Of a stretch of 64,000 bases of DNA, positions 56,182 through 64,000 are shown in pieces. A program made the translations under genes and the position numbers. Source of the DNA: Blastocatellia bacterium (lineage in GTDB: Bacteria; Acidobacteriota; Blastocatellia; UBA7656; JADIYM01); NCBI GenBank assembly GCA_021463145.1, contig JAJTWZ010000003.1:35319-99318 (forward strand), read 5' to 3'. The notes beneath the pieces are model-generated. The model made no database searches, was not told the origin of the DNA, and worked only from the letters and a program-made list of their open reading frames with translations. Every line of letters begins with the position of its first letter. Position 1 is the first letter of the stretch.

Positions 56182-58986
56182 ATGAGCGCACTTGGTGTTT
56201 CCGAACTGGCAACGATCGGGGAAGCGCTCGTCTCCATCGTTCCATTGCCATACATCGTCGCTGACGACGTCAGCTGGCGCGTAGTGCTGGCCAACGGACA
56301 CGCTGAAGCGCTCTACGGCGGTCCACTGGCCGGTGTCGCTCTCGAGTCGCTACTGACGCTTGGCGCCGAACGGGCCGTCGAAGGCACGATCTGGCGGGCG
56401 CAGACATCCGACGAGCCGGTCGAACTGTTTTTCGAGCGGCAAGACGGCAGTTCAGCGGAGGTGCTGGTGCGGGCGCATCGCCTGGATCTGAACGGCTGTA
56501 CGGCGTCTTTAATTGTGCTCGAGGATGTATCGCGTGTCCGCCTGCTGGCGCGAAGCCTTGCGCACGCGGCCACGGAGCGCCGTGACCTGTTCGACGCGTT
56601 GGGACTGGGCGTCGTCGAAATCGACTCGACCGGACGGATTCTGGCTCATAACGGATTCGGGCCGATCGAAACGCTGTTTCCGAGCGGTCTGGCCGGTCGG
56701 AACTTCTTCCGTGACGTCGCAGCCGGATCCGGTCCCGTAGAAGTCCTCCGGCAATACGAGCTCTGGACGTCGGCGATCATCGACGCGCCGTTCCGAGCTC
56801 CATTCGAGTTCGAGCTAGGCCGCCATTTCATTGAAGCGGAGATGCTGGCCGGTTCCTTCACGACCTGCGATGCGATCGTGCGCCTTTCGGACGCGACTTT
56901 GCGGCGACAAGCGGAGGCCGAACTGCGGCAGCAGACGGCGCAGGCCGAAGAAGCTGCTCGCCGGTCGCGACTCGTCTACCAGACTACGAGCCTGCTCCAT
57001 CAGACGCTGGACCTCGACACCGTGCTCGCCACTGCCGTCGAGGAAACTGGCAGGTTGCTCGGGGCGTGTTGTTGCCAGATAGCGTTCGTCGACTCGCTGG
57101 GTGACGTGCGAATCGCGCACGAGTACCTTCGTTCTCCTCGTGAAGTCACGCAGGGACTGGTTGCGGCGTTCGACCTTTTGCCCGCCACGGCAGAGGCAGT
57201 CCGAACGTTGCTGCCCGTCGTCGTCGAGCTCTCGAACGCAGCGGCCTTCCAGTCCGACTCGGGGATGCGCGGGCGCTCCGGGGCCGCGTCCGCAATCGTG
57301 GTGCCGATCGCAGTGAGGCGGGAACCGTGTGGCGTGCTTGCCATTCTCCAGTCGGACAAGACGAGGTCGTGGACCGAAGCGGACATCGAGCTTGGCGTCT
57401 CTGTCGCGGCGCAAGTAGGCCTTGCCATTGGTCATTCGGAGATTCATGAACGGTTGCGCCTCCAGGCGGAACGCGACGCGATGGTTGGCCGCTTCGCCGT
57501 CGCGATTCACGCGGCGCCGTCGCTCGACGAAGCGCTCCGGCGCGCCGCCGAACTGCTGTTGACTCAAACCGAGTGCGACGGGGTGTCCGTTCGTTGCCGC
57601 GATCCGCGGCTCAGTCACGATCGCACCTGGTGTTGGGACGTTGCGCCCGATGGAGCCGTTCGTAGCGTGGATCCAGCCGTGTGCGAGCTCGCAGACAGGA
57701 CGCGCCGCGTGCTTGACGGCGAGGCCGCGGACGACGATCCGGCGATTGCGTTCTCGCCGTTCACGGCGCGGGACGGTGTGCTTGGCCTGCTTGCGATCCG
57801 CTTTCGGCGAAGTATCGGCAGCACTGACGTTCAAGCGCTCGTCGATGCCGTGGCGGTTCACGTCGGAATCGCTGTTGGAGCCTCGACGCTGCTCAGCACG
57901 GTCACCGAAGCTCAGAAGGTCTGGGAGGGCGCATTCGATGCGCTTCCTGATGGCGTCGTCGTCGTCGACCGCTCGATGTCGGTCCTCCGATCGAACCGAG
58001 CGCTGGCGTCCCAGCTCCGCGCGAAGCCGTCGACGATGATTGGACAGCGGCTGCTTGGGTTTTTCTCGGATACGATGGCCGACGCGATCGCGAACGCCGT
58101 CGGGTTGGTCGACTCCGGCCGCAAGCCGGTGCAGGTCGAAGTCGAGGATTCGTCACTCTGCAAGTGGTTCGCTCTTTCGGCGTCTCGGTTGCCGATGTCG
58201 GATCAGGATGCCTTCATTCTTTCTATTCGTGACGTCACACGCGAGCGGACGATCTCGGAGAACCTCGCTCAGTCAACCAGGCTCGCGTCGATCGGGCGGC
58301 TGGCAGCGGGAGTCGCGCACGAGATCAACACGCCGCTTGCGACGATCGCGGGATCGGCGCAGTCATTGGACCGGCAGCTTTCGTCTATCGCCGAGTTGCA
58401 GGAGTCGGAACGCTGGCAGTCGATCCGCGAGCGAATCGACGCGATCGTCGAGCAGGCGTTCCGGTGCAAGAGGATCACGCGAGACCTGCTCGATTACGCC
58501 GCTCCTACGAGACCCAAGTTTCAGGAATGTTCGATTGCCGCCGTCGTCGAAACGTCGATAAATACAATTGCGCGCGAGCGCGGAACGGAGCGGATCACCG
58601 TGACCGAGAAGGGAACCGCCGCGCCAGTATTCACCGATCCCGAGCGAGTCGCACAGGTCCTGATCAACCTCGTGGCGAACGGTCTGGATGCGATCGCCGA
58701 GAAGCCGAAGGGCAGGTTGTCGGTCGAAATCCGGCACCTTCTTCGCGAGGTGCGCTTGGCGGTTCGAGACACGGGCTCCGGAATCTCCCCAGCAGACAGA
58801 GAAAGGATTTTCGAACCGTTCTTCACGACAAAACCGCCCGGTCGCGGCACAGGTCTAGGTCTCTCGATATCGATGAGCATAGTGTCTCGACTTGGTGGAC
58901 GGCTGGAAGCGAAGAGCAGGCCCGGACGGGGTTCGACTTTTACGGTCACGCTTCGCCGGAACCGGCCCGGCGAGGAGTCAAACTGA
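56182..58986 (+). CDS. cytoplasmic multi-sensor histidine kinase (PAS/GAF, HisKA, HATPase_c)
   Basis: 934 aa with several PAS/GAF-like regions, H-box (AAGVAHEINTPLATI) and G-boxes (DTGSGISP; GTGLGLSIS). Confidence 0.8.
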   Translation: MSALGVSELATIGEALVSIVPLPYIVADDVSWRVVLANGHAEALYGGPLAGVALESLLTLGAERAVEGTIWRAQTSDEPVELFFERQDGSSAEVLVRAHRLDLNGCTASLIVLEDVSRVRLLARSLAHAATERRDLFDALGLGVVEIDSTGRILAHNGFGPIETLFPSGLAGRNFFRDVAAGSGPVEVLRQYELWTSAIIDAPFRAPFEFELGRHFIEAEMLAGSFTTCDAIVRLSDATLRRQAEAELRQQTAQAEEAARRSRLVYQTTSLLHQTLDLDTVLATAVEETGRLLGACCCQIAFVDSLGDVRIAHEYLRSPREVTQGLVAAFDLLPATAEAVRTLLPVVVELSNAAAFQSDSGMRGRSGAASAIVVPIAVRREPCGVLAILQSDKTRSWTEADIELGVSVAAQVGLAIGHSEIHERLRLQAERDAMVGRFAVAIHAAPSLDEALRRAAELLLTQTECDGVSVRCRDPRLSHDRTWCWDVAPDGAVRSVDPAVCELADRTRRVLDGEAADDDPAIAFSPFTARDGVLGLLAIRFRRSIGSTDVQALVDAVAVHVGIAVGASTLLSTVTEAQKVWEGAFDALPDGVVVVDRSMSVLRSNRALASQLRAKPSTMIGQRLLGFFSDTMADAIANAVGLVDSGRKPVQVEVEDSSLCKWFALSASRLPMSDQDAFILSIRDVTRERTISENLAQSTRLASIGRLAAGVAHEINTPLATIAGSAQSLDRQLSSIAELQESERWQSIRERIDAIVEQAFRCKRITRDLLDYAAPTRPKFQECSIAAVVETSINTIARERGTERITVTEKGTAAPVFTDPERVAQVLINLVANGLDAIAEKPKGRLSVEIRHLLREVRLAVRDTGSGISPADRERIFEPFFTTKPPGRGTGLGLSISMSIVSRLGGRLEAKSRPGRGSTFTVTLRRNRPGEESN

Positions 58987-60383
58987 TGCCGAAGGCGGCT
59001 GAGCGAATCGAGCTCGGGAGAGTGCTCGTCGTCGAGGACGATGACGCTTACCGACAATTCCTCGTCGCTGAGCTGCGCGATTTCGGATTTCCGGTCGAGG
59101 GTGCCGGCGACGGTCAATCGGCAGTCGCGGCAATCGAATCGACGTCGCCTGCGGTAGTACTGCTCGACATCAGGCTGCCTGGGCTCTCGGGAATCGATGT
59201 GCTCAGGCGGTTGGCCTCGAGCGCGGATGGCGGCCCGCAGGTCGTAATGCTCACGGGCCACGGCACTATCGACACGGCGATCGAGGCTATGAAGCTGGGC
59301 GCTTACGACTATCTGACAAAGCCCTGCGATCTCTCCGAAATGCGGGCCGTGATCGAACGAGCGCTGGAGCGCCGCGAGCTGCAGCGCGAGAATGCCGCGC
59401 TGCGAACGATCCTTCGCCGCAAGGAAGGTGAGGTCGAGCTCATTGGCAGAAGCCGAACGATGAACGATCTCGAGCAGCGCATCGCGAGGATTGCGCCAAC
59501 GGACGCGAACGTGCTTCTGATTGGCGAATCGGGCACCGGAAAGGAGCTCGCGGCGCAACTCGTACACCGGCACAGTCGGCGCGCCGACAAAGCCTTCGTC
59601 GACGTGAATTGCGGCGCCTTGCCAGAGACCCTGTTCGAAAGTGAGTTCTTCGGTCACGAAAAGGGGGCGTTCACCGGCGCAGCCAGCCGAAAATCTGGAT
59701 TGGTCGAAGCCGCGGACGGGGGCACTCTCTTCCTCGACGAGGTTTCGGAAATGCCTCAGGCATCGCAAGTCAAACTACTGCGATTTCTGGAAACTGGCGG
59801 GTTCAGGCGTCTCGGTGGCGTCACGCAGTTAACGGCAAGCGTCCGCGTCGTCGCTGCTTCGAATCGTTCGATCGAGTCCCTCATCGACGGCGGAGGATTT
59901 CGCCGGGATCTCTTTTTTCGCCTGGCCGTCGTCACACTGGAGGTGGCGCCGCTGAGGGAACGCCGCGACGACGTGCCGCTCCTCTCGGAGCACTTCATGC
60001 GGCGCGCGGCATTGGACACGGGCTGTCGTGTGAGTTCGATCGAGCCGGCTGCGCTGGATGCGCTTTCACGGTACGACTGGCCGGGCAACGTGCGCGAACT
60101 GAGGAATGCAGTCGAGAGCGCCGTCATTCTCTGCGACGGTAACATCCTGCGGCTAAGGGATTTGCCGGCACGCGTGCTGACTGGTCCGTCCCGGCCCGGG
60201 CTGTTGCCCGAACCGGGCCCATTCAGCGCAACTGCGATACGGACCCTTGCCGAGGTCGAACGCATGCATATCGAAGCGATGCTGGGATATTTCGACGGGC
60301 ATCGAGAAAGGACTGCACGCGCACTCGGAATCGCCACGAAGACCCTGTATCGAAAGCTTCGGGAATTCGAGGAGTCAAAATGA
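58986..60383 (+). CDS. sigma-54-dependent response regulator (NtrC family: REC, AAA+ sigma-54 activator, Fis-type HTH)
   Basis: GAGGAG RBS. The ATG overlaps the kinase stop. REC domain (VLVVEDD…VLLDIRLPG). Walker A GESGTGKE. GAFTGA sigma-54 contact motif. A C-terminal HTH. Confidence 0.9.
   Translation: MPKAAERIELGRVLVVEDDDAYRQFLVAELRDFGFPVEGAGDGQSAVAAIESTSPAVVLLDIRLPGLSGIDVLRRLASSADGGPQVVMLTGHGTIDTAIEAMKLGAYDYLTKPCDLSEMRAVIERALERRELQRENAALRTILRRKEGEVELIGRSRTMNDLEQRIARIAPTDANVLLIGESGTGKELAAQLVHRHSRRADKAFVDVNCGALPETLFESEFFGHEKGAFTGAASRKSGLVEAADGGTLFLDEVSEMPQASQVKLLRFLETGGFRRLGGVTQLTASVRVVAASNRSIESLIDGGGFRRDLFFRLAVVTLEVAPLRERRDDVPLLSEHFMRRAALDTGCRVSSIEPAALDALSRYDWPGNVRELRNAVESAVILCDGNILRLRDLPARVLTGPSRPGLLPEPGPFSATAIRTLAEVERMHIEAMLGYFDGHRERTARALGIATKTLYRKLREFEESK
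59574..59589. repeat. 16-bp palindrome, 15/16 copy (AGTCGGCGCGCCGACA), inside sigma-54 activator gene
   Basis: Read directly. Frame CGG CGC GCC GAC (RRAD). Confidence 0.9.
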
Positions 60384-60487
60384 CCGAAGGCGGCCAGAAT
60401 TACCGGTCACACCGGGATTCGTAGACGGGAAGGTCATTGGTATCCAGGCGATGTCGCAGGCGGCAAGTCGATGTAGATAGAGAAGTT

Positions 60488-60516
60488 GGGGTGAAATGCC
60501 CCTTATTGCGTTTGTG
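60488..60516 (+). terminator. weak putative terminator after the activator gene
   Basis: GGGG-tgaaatg-CCCC hairpin followed by TTATTGCGTTTGTG. Confidence 0.25.
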
Positions 60517-60531
60517 TGGCACCGGAGTTGC
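60517..60531 (+). promoter_or_regulatory. sigma-54 (-24/-12) type promoter
   Basis: TGGCAC-cggag-TTGC matches the TGGCACG-N4-TTGCW consensus, with GG and GC correctly spaced. It lies in intergenic DNA directly downstream of the sigma-54 activator gene. Confidence 0.5.
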
Positions 60532-60542
60532 CTATAGATTGG

Positions 60543-60625
60543 CGAACTTACAGGGGCGAAAGCCGCAGCCACGCGCACTCCGGGAACTCCTCAGGAATTG
60601 ACGTATGGCTGCGGCATTTTTTTTT
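60543..60625 (+). ncRNA. candidate sigma-54-dependent small RNA (~83 nt) ending in an intrinsic terminator
   Basis: There is no coding potential between the predicted start and the terminator. A 10-bp perfect stem GCCGCAGCCA / TGGCTGCGGC (60562-60615) is followed by T9 (60617-60625). The next gene is convergent on the minus strand. Confidence 0.35.
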
Positions 60626-60709
60626 GTTCGGGCGGACTGGATGTCTCCGCAGAGGACGGACTTACAAGCGCTGGCCGCGGGCTCAGGTTCTGGATTCCAC
60701 TATCGATGC

Positions 60710-62338
60710 TCAGCGTTCGAAGAGAAACACCTCGACGTCCCCGTTGTAGCCAGGCTCCTTGACGCGTGACCGCAGCTTCATGTTTTCGTTGAGCCAGGTT
60801 AGTCCAATTCCTTGAGGATCGGAGATGCTAGCCGTCGCCGTCATTCTGACGAACCATACGCGATCTCGGCCTCGCACAAGCGGCAGCAGCCATCTGTCGG
60901 TGTTGTCGGGAGTAATTCGAACGCCACCGACTTCAGGATAGCCGTCGACGTCCACACCCGGCTTCCGCGTGAAGTACCGCTCGAACGCGATCAACTGGTG
61001 CGGTTCGTTTATCAGGATCGCATCGCCGCTTCGGCTCTGATCCGAGATCAGCGTAGCGACTCGCCGCCACGGCTGTTTGTCCATACCCGGTGAGAAGTAC
61101 CAACTGACCGCCAAAACGCTCGGTATCAGTACGGTGGCAAGCCCTATGACACGAATCCAGTTGCCTGGCGCGGACTCGAGTCCTAGAGCCAGCAGTAGCG
61201 CCATCATCGGTGCAAGGCTCAAGTAAAACCTAAGCTGCTCGGGTCCAACCATCATAATCAGAATAGGCATTGGAAGCAGTGCGGCGAAGAGCACCACGAG
61301 AATGATCGGGCGCCGAATGTCGCTCTTCCACATAAACCAGCTCGCGGCCAGGGCGACGACGTCGAACGCAAGGATGGCCGGAATTCGATACCACGCGACC
61401 ACGAGCCATTTCAGGGACGTTCCCGGCAACACGTCGACGAGCAGGCTCTTTGGAAGGGCAATCAGCCGGTCGCCCGGATTTGAGAATATGGCCTGGTTCA
61501 CGCCTCCAAGGTTGACGAGGAAATCGGCCGCAACTCCGGCCTTTCGCCCATAGCCAAGTCCGAAGATCGCGACAGTCCCGGCCAGGATTGCGGGAACTTG
61601 AAGGACGGCGAGACGAACGACTATTTCGCGACATTCGCGAAAGCAGACGAGCAAGCCGATCGCCTGTCCAGCGATCGGAAGCAGGGAAAGATAGTGAGTG
61701 CCGATGGCCAAATACGCCGCTCCGGTATATCCGGCCGCGAGCAGCCATTTCGTCCTGTTCGTCGACGTTGGCCAGCGTCGGAGGAGTTCCGCAAGGGCCA
61801 CTGTGGCGACAGTGACGAAGAATGTCGCGAGCGCGTACATCCGTACTTCCTGGGAGTACTCCACGTGCAGCGACGCGACGGCCAGAACGCTCGCGGCGAC
61901 CACGCCGGCGCGCTCGTTACAGAGACGCCAGCCGGCCACGAACACAGCGGCTACGGTCAGCGATCCGGGGATCGCCGATACGAGCCTGACGAGCGCATCC
62001 GAGTCCTCGGCAAACGGCAGCCATGCATGAAGAAGGTAGTAGAACGTTGGCGGGTGATAGCCAGAACCGAACCCGTGCTGCAACGAATTTGAATCGGCAA
62101 TGGAGAGGGCCTCGTCGAACCAGAGGCTCTTGCCGCCCAAATCCCAGCAGCGGACGACGGTGGCCGCGATCGTGACTGTCAGGGCGAGCCACGTCCAGAT
62201 CGTGGGTTGCCATCGCGACGGGTCTGCTTTCGTGATGATGGCAGGCGAGACAGGGGTTACCAGCGCGTCGGGGACCTCATCGGTCGCGCTGCCTGCCTTT
62301 CTGCCTGTCCGAGGGGTGCGTGGTGACTTCCTGGCCAT
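60710..62338 (-). CDS. glycosyltransferase family 39 (ArnT/PMT-like) polytopic membrane protein
   Basis: 542 aa with about 12 TM helices and a GT-C fold periplasmic loop. The N-terminal motifs are typical of dolichyl-phosphate-mannose / undecaprenyl-phosphate sugar transferases. Confidence 0.7.
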   Translation of the reverse strand: MARKSPRTPRTGRKAGSATDEVPDALVTPVSPAIITKADPSRWQPTIWTWLALTVTIAATVVRCWDLGGKSLWFDEALSIADSNSLQHGFGSGYHPPTFYYLLHAWLPFAEDSDALVRLVSAIPGSLTVAAVFVAGWRLCNERAGVVAASVLAVASLHVEYSQEVRMYALATFFVTVATVALAELLRRWPTSTNRTKWLLAAGYTGAAYLAIGTHYLSLLPIAGQAIGLLVCFRECREIVVRLAVLQVPAILAGTVAIFGLGYGRKAGVAADFLVNLGGVNQAIFSNPGDRLIALPKSLLVDVLPGTSLKWLVVAWYRIPAILAFDVVALAASWFMWKSDIRRPIILVVLFAALLPMPILIMMVGPEQLRFYLSLAPMMALLLALGLESAPGNWIRVIGLATVLIPSVLAVSWYFSPGMDKQPWRRVATLISDQSRSGDAILINEPHQLIAFERYFTRKPGVDVDGYPEVGGVRITPDNTDRWLLPLVRGRDRVWFVRMTATASISDPQGIGLTWLNENMKLRSRVKEPGYNGDVEVFLFER

Positions 62339-62442
62339 CGACGAGCCTTATACCGCAAGCCGTGCTGACTGTCAGTGTGCGCCTTGTGATATAACCACCA
62401 ATCTTCGGTATCAATACCCCACGTTCTGGAGGCTGGTGGACG

Positions 62443-63051
62443 ATGTCTCTGATCCCCGACGACACTCAGGTAATGGACGTATTCAGGAAGACGGGTGCAT
62501 TTCGCGAAGGCGTTTTCGAGCATCCAGCTGGCTATTTCACGTCCTTCTACTTTCAGATACCGCTGGCGCTGCGTTACGCGGACAATGCGCGACGTCTTGG
62601 CGTCAGCTTGAGCCGAGTCCTCCGCCGGTCTCGTGAGCTCGTGTCCGCGCTTCCGAGCGTCTCGATCGTTGCCCCGGGTCCAGGCGGAGTGCCCGTTGCG
62701 TTCGAAGTTCGTCAGGCCCTCAGGGCCGAACAGACATTCTGGTCCGAGCGCGAAGGCGGCGAGTACCGATTCCGGCAGTACAACGAGATCAAGCCGGGAC
62801 AGAAATGCGTGATCGTCGACGACATCGCCCGTTCGGGAGATGCCGTCCGTAAGGTCCACGACCTGATCGCGAGCGCGGGTGGCGATGTGCTCGCCGTTGC
62901 CGTATTGGTCCGGTTGTCGACAGCTAAACTCGACCTGCCGGACACGTTGCCGGTCTACAGTCTCGTTGAATTCGAGGCTACGAAGTACGAGAAGCCCGAG
63001 GCCTGCCCGACCTGGCACGAAGGTGTAACGGTCGAGCGTGTTCGCTTCTGA
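62443..63051 (+). CDS. type I phosphoribosyltransferase (orotate PRTase-like)
   Basis: PRPP-binding motif VIVDDIARSGDAV. 202 aa. Confidence 0.65.
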   Translation: MSLIPDDTQVMDVFRKTGAFREGVFEHPAGYFTSFYFQIPLALRYADNARRLGVSLSRVLRRSRELVSALPSVSIVAPGPGGVPVAFEVRQALRAEQTFWSEREGGEYRFRQYNEIKPGQKCVIVDDIARSGDAVRKVHDLIASAGGDVLAVAVLVRLSTAKLDLPDTLPVYSLVEFEATKYEKPEACPTWHEGVTVERVRF

Positions 63052-63125
63052 TCCATTACGGGAATAGATCGTCTGGCACGGTCCGGCAGTAGTCGGGCCG
63101 TGCCTTATGAACCGGGCTGCGGCCG

Positions 63126-64000
63126 TCAGCTTCCAAGCTCGATACCGAGGGCGCGGGCGAGCGCAAGCAGAGGAGCGTCCAGCGATACGCGCCTGACGCG
63201 CCCGGCTACTTCAGATATCGGAACGGTTACGACGTCGCTGCCGCTCAATGCCACGACGCAGGCTGACCGTCCTTCGGCCAGCGCCGCCACAGCGGCAGTA
63301 CCGAACGCCGTTGCGAGCAACCTGTCGAACGCGGAAGGCGTGCCACCGCGCTGAAGGTGTCCGAGGACCACGGTGCGGCATTCCTTTCCGGTGGAAGCCT
63401 CCAATTCCTCGGCTACAAGCTCGCCGATTCCACCTAGCCGGCGCCGCCGGCCCTCGATCTCGCCACCTTGGTAGGAAGGCGAGCCCCCGATAGGCGAGGC
63501 TCCCTCGGCAACCACAACGATCGAGAAGTTGTGGCCGAGGCGCTCACGCCGGCCAACAGCCGCGGCTACCCTAGACAGGTCAAAGGGAATCTCTGGAATC
63601 AGGCAGGCGTCTGCGCCGCCCGCGATCGCGGCGTGGACGGCGATCCACCCGGCCGTCCTTCCCATGACTTCGAGGACCATAACGCGACCGTGACTTTCCG
63701 CCGTCGTGTGCAGCCGGTCGATGGCGTCGGTGGCGACTGCCACGGCCGAACTGAATCCGAAGGTTCCGTCGGTGCCGCCAAGATCGTTGTCAATCGTTTT
63801 CGGAACGCCGACGACGCGCACTCCGCGCCGCGCGAACGCATCGGCGATTGCCTGAGAACCGTCACCTCCGATCACGATCAGGGCATCGGCTCCGAGCCGT
63901 TCGAGCGCGGCTACGGCCTCTTCGACGGGTTTGGCGGGCACGATGGCCGTGCCGTCAGGCAGGTGCGTGCGGTTGAACTTTCCACGGTTCGACGTTCCGA
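63126..64000 (-). CDS. pfkA: ATP-dependent 6-phosphofructokinase (5' end beyond window)
   Basis: PFK motifs (LIVIGGDGS; PKTIDNDL; MGRTAGWIA). The reading frame stays open to the window edge at 64000. Confidence 0.85.
   Translation of the reverse strand, partial: GTSNRGKFNRTHLPDGTAIVPAKPVEEAVAALERLGADALIVIGGDGSQAIADAFARRGVRVVGVPKTIDNDLGGTDGTFGFSSAVAVATDAIDRLHTTAESHGRVMVLEVMGRTAGWIAVHAAIAGGADACLIPEIPFDLSRVAAAVGRRERLGHNFSIVVVAEGASPIGGSPSYQGGEIEGRRRRLGGIGELVAEELEASTGKECRTVVLGHLQRGGTPSAFDRLLATAFGTAAVAALAEGRSACVVALSGSDVVTVPISEVAGRVRRVSLDAPLLALARALGIELGS

Noticed and set aside
56815-57861. 348-aa minus-strand ORF, and similarly 58521..59768 (415 aa)
   Set aside because: They are shadow ORFs antisense to the multi-sensor kinase and the sigma-54 activator genes.
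1-64000. CRISPR arrays, IS elements, prophage or integron features
   Set aside because: There are no short direct-repeat arrays and no transposase, phage integrase or RT-like ORFs. The only tyrosine recombinase has XerD hallmarks. No compositional island other than the 2.5-kb gene-free block was found.

Overview
This is a 64 kb, GC-rich (roughly 65 %) bacterial chromosomal segment, densely coded on both strands with about 50 protein-coding genes.

Recognisable housekeeping genes:
- 3' end of dxs, tlyA, a CDF transporter, a fused E1 alpha/beta 2-oxoacid dehydrogenase
- hslVU, class III fbp, serA, ssb, recN, miaB
- parA-parB, lpxD, xerD, and a pfkA whose 5' end is truncated by the window edge

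Secreted and envelope proteins:
- an SBBP beta-propeller protein with FG-GAP-like C-terminal repeats
- a BNR protein, an FG-GAP/TIG protein, a five-haem cytochrome, a VCBS protein with an N-terminal CxxCH
- a BamB-like PQQ propeller and a GT39 glycosyltransferase
- an O-antigen-ligase-like protein with an inserted PDZ domain, translationally coupled to a membrane-anchored SAM methyltransferase

Regulatory genes:
- an ECF sigma / zinc anti-sigma / HtrA-like operon
- two histidine kinases and an NtrC-type sigma-54 activator
- a REC-GGDEF protein with a GGDDF motif, a tandem-PilZ protein
- GntR and TetR regulators, and a REC-RsbW fusion

The Gram-negative envelope genes (lpxD, BamB-like, Wzy_C) point to a diderm organism. 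No transposase, phage integrase, CRISPR array, rRNA or convincing tRNA was found.

The most notable signals are non-coding:
1. A 16-bp GC-rich perfect palindrome, TGTCGGCGCGCCGACA, recurs six times across 26 kb (four exact copies, two 15/16). It occurs in different reading frames, twice in non-coding DNA and once inside parB. It is a candidate non-canonical parS-like site.
2. A near-consensus sigma-54 promoter followed about 85 nt later by a hairpin plus T9 terminator, immediately downstream of the NtrC-family activator gene. This is a candidate sigma-54-dependent small RNA.
3. A 2.5 kb gene-free, lower-GC block between the TetR gene and an SDR gene.
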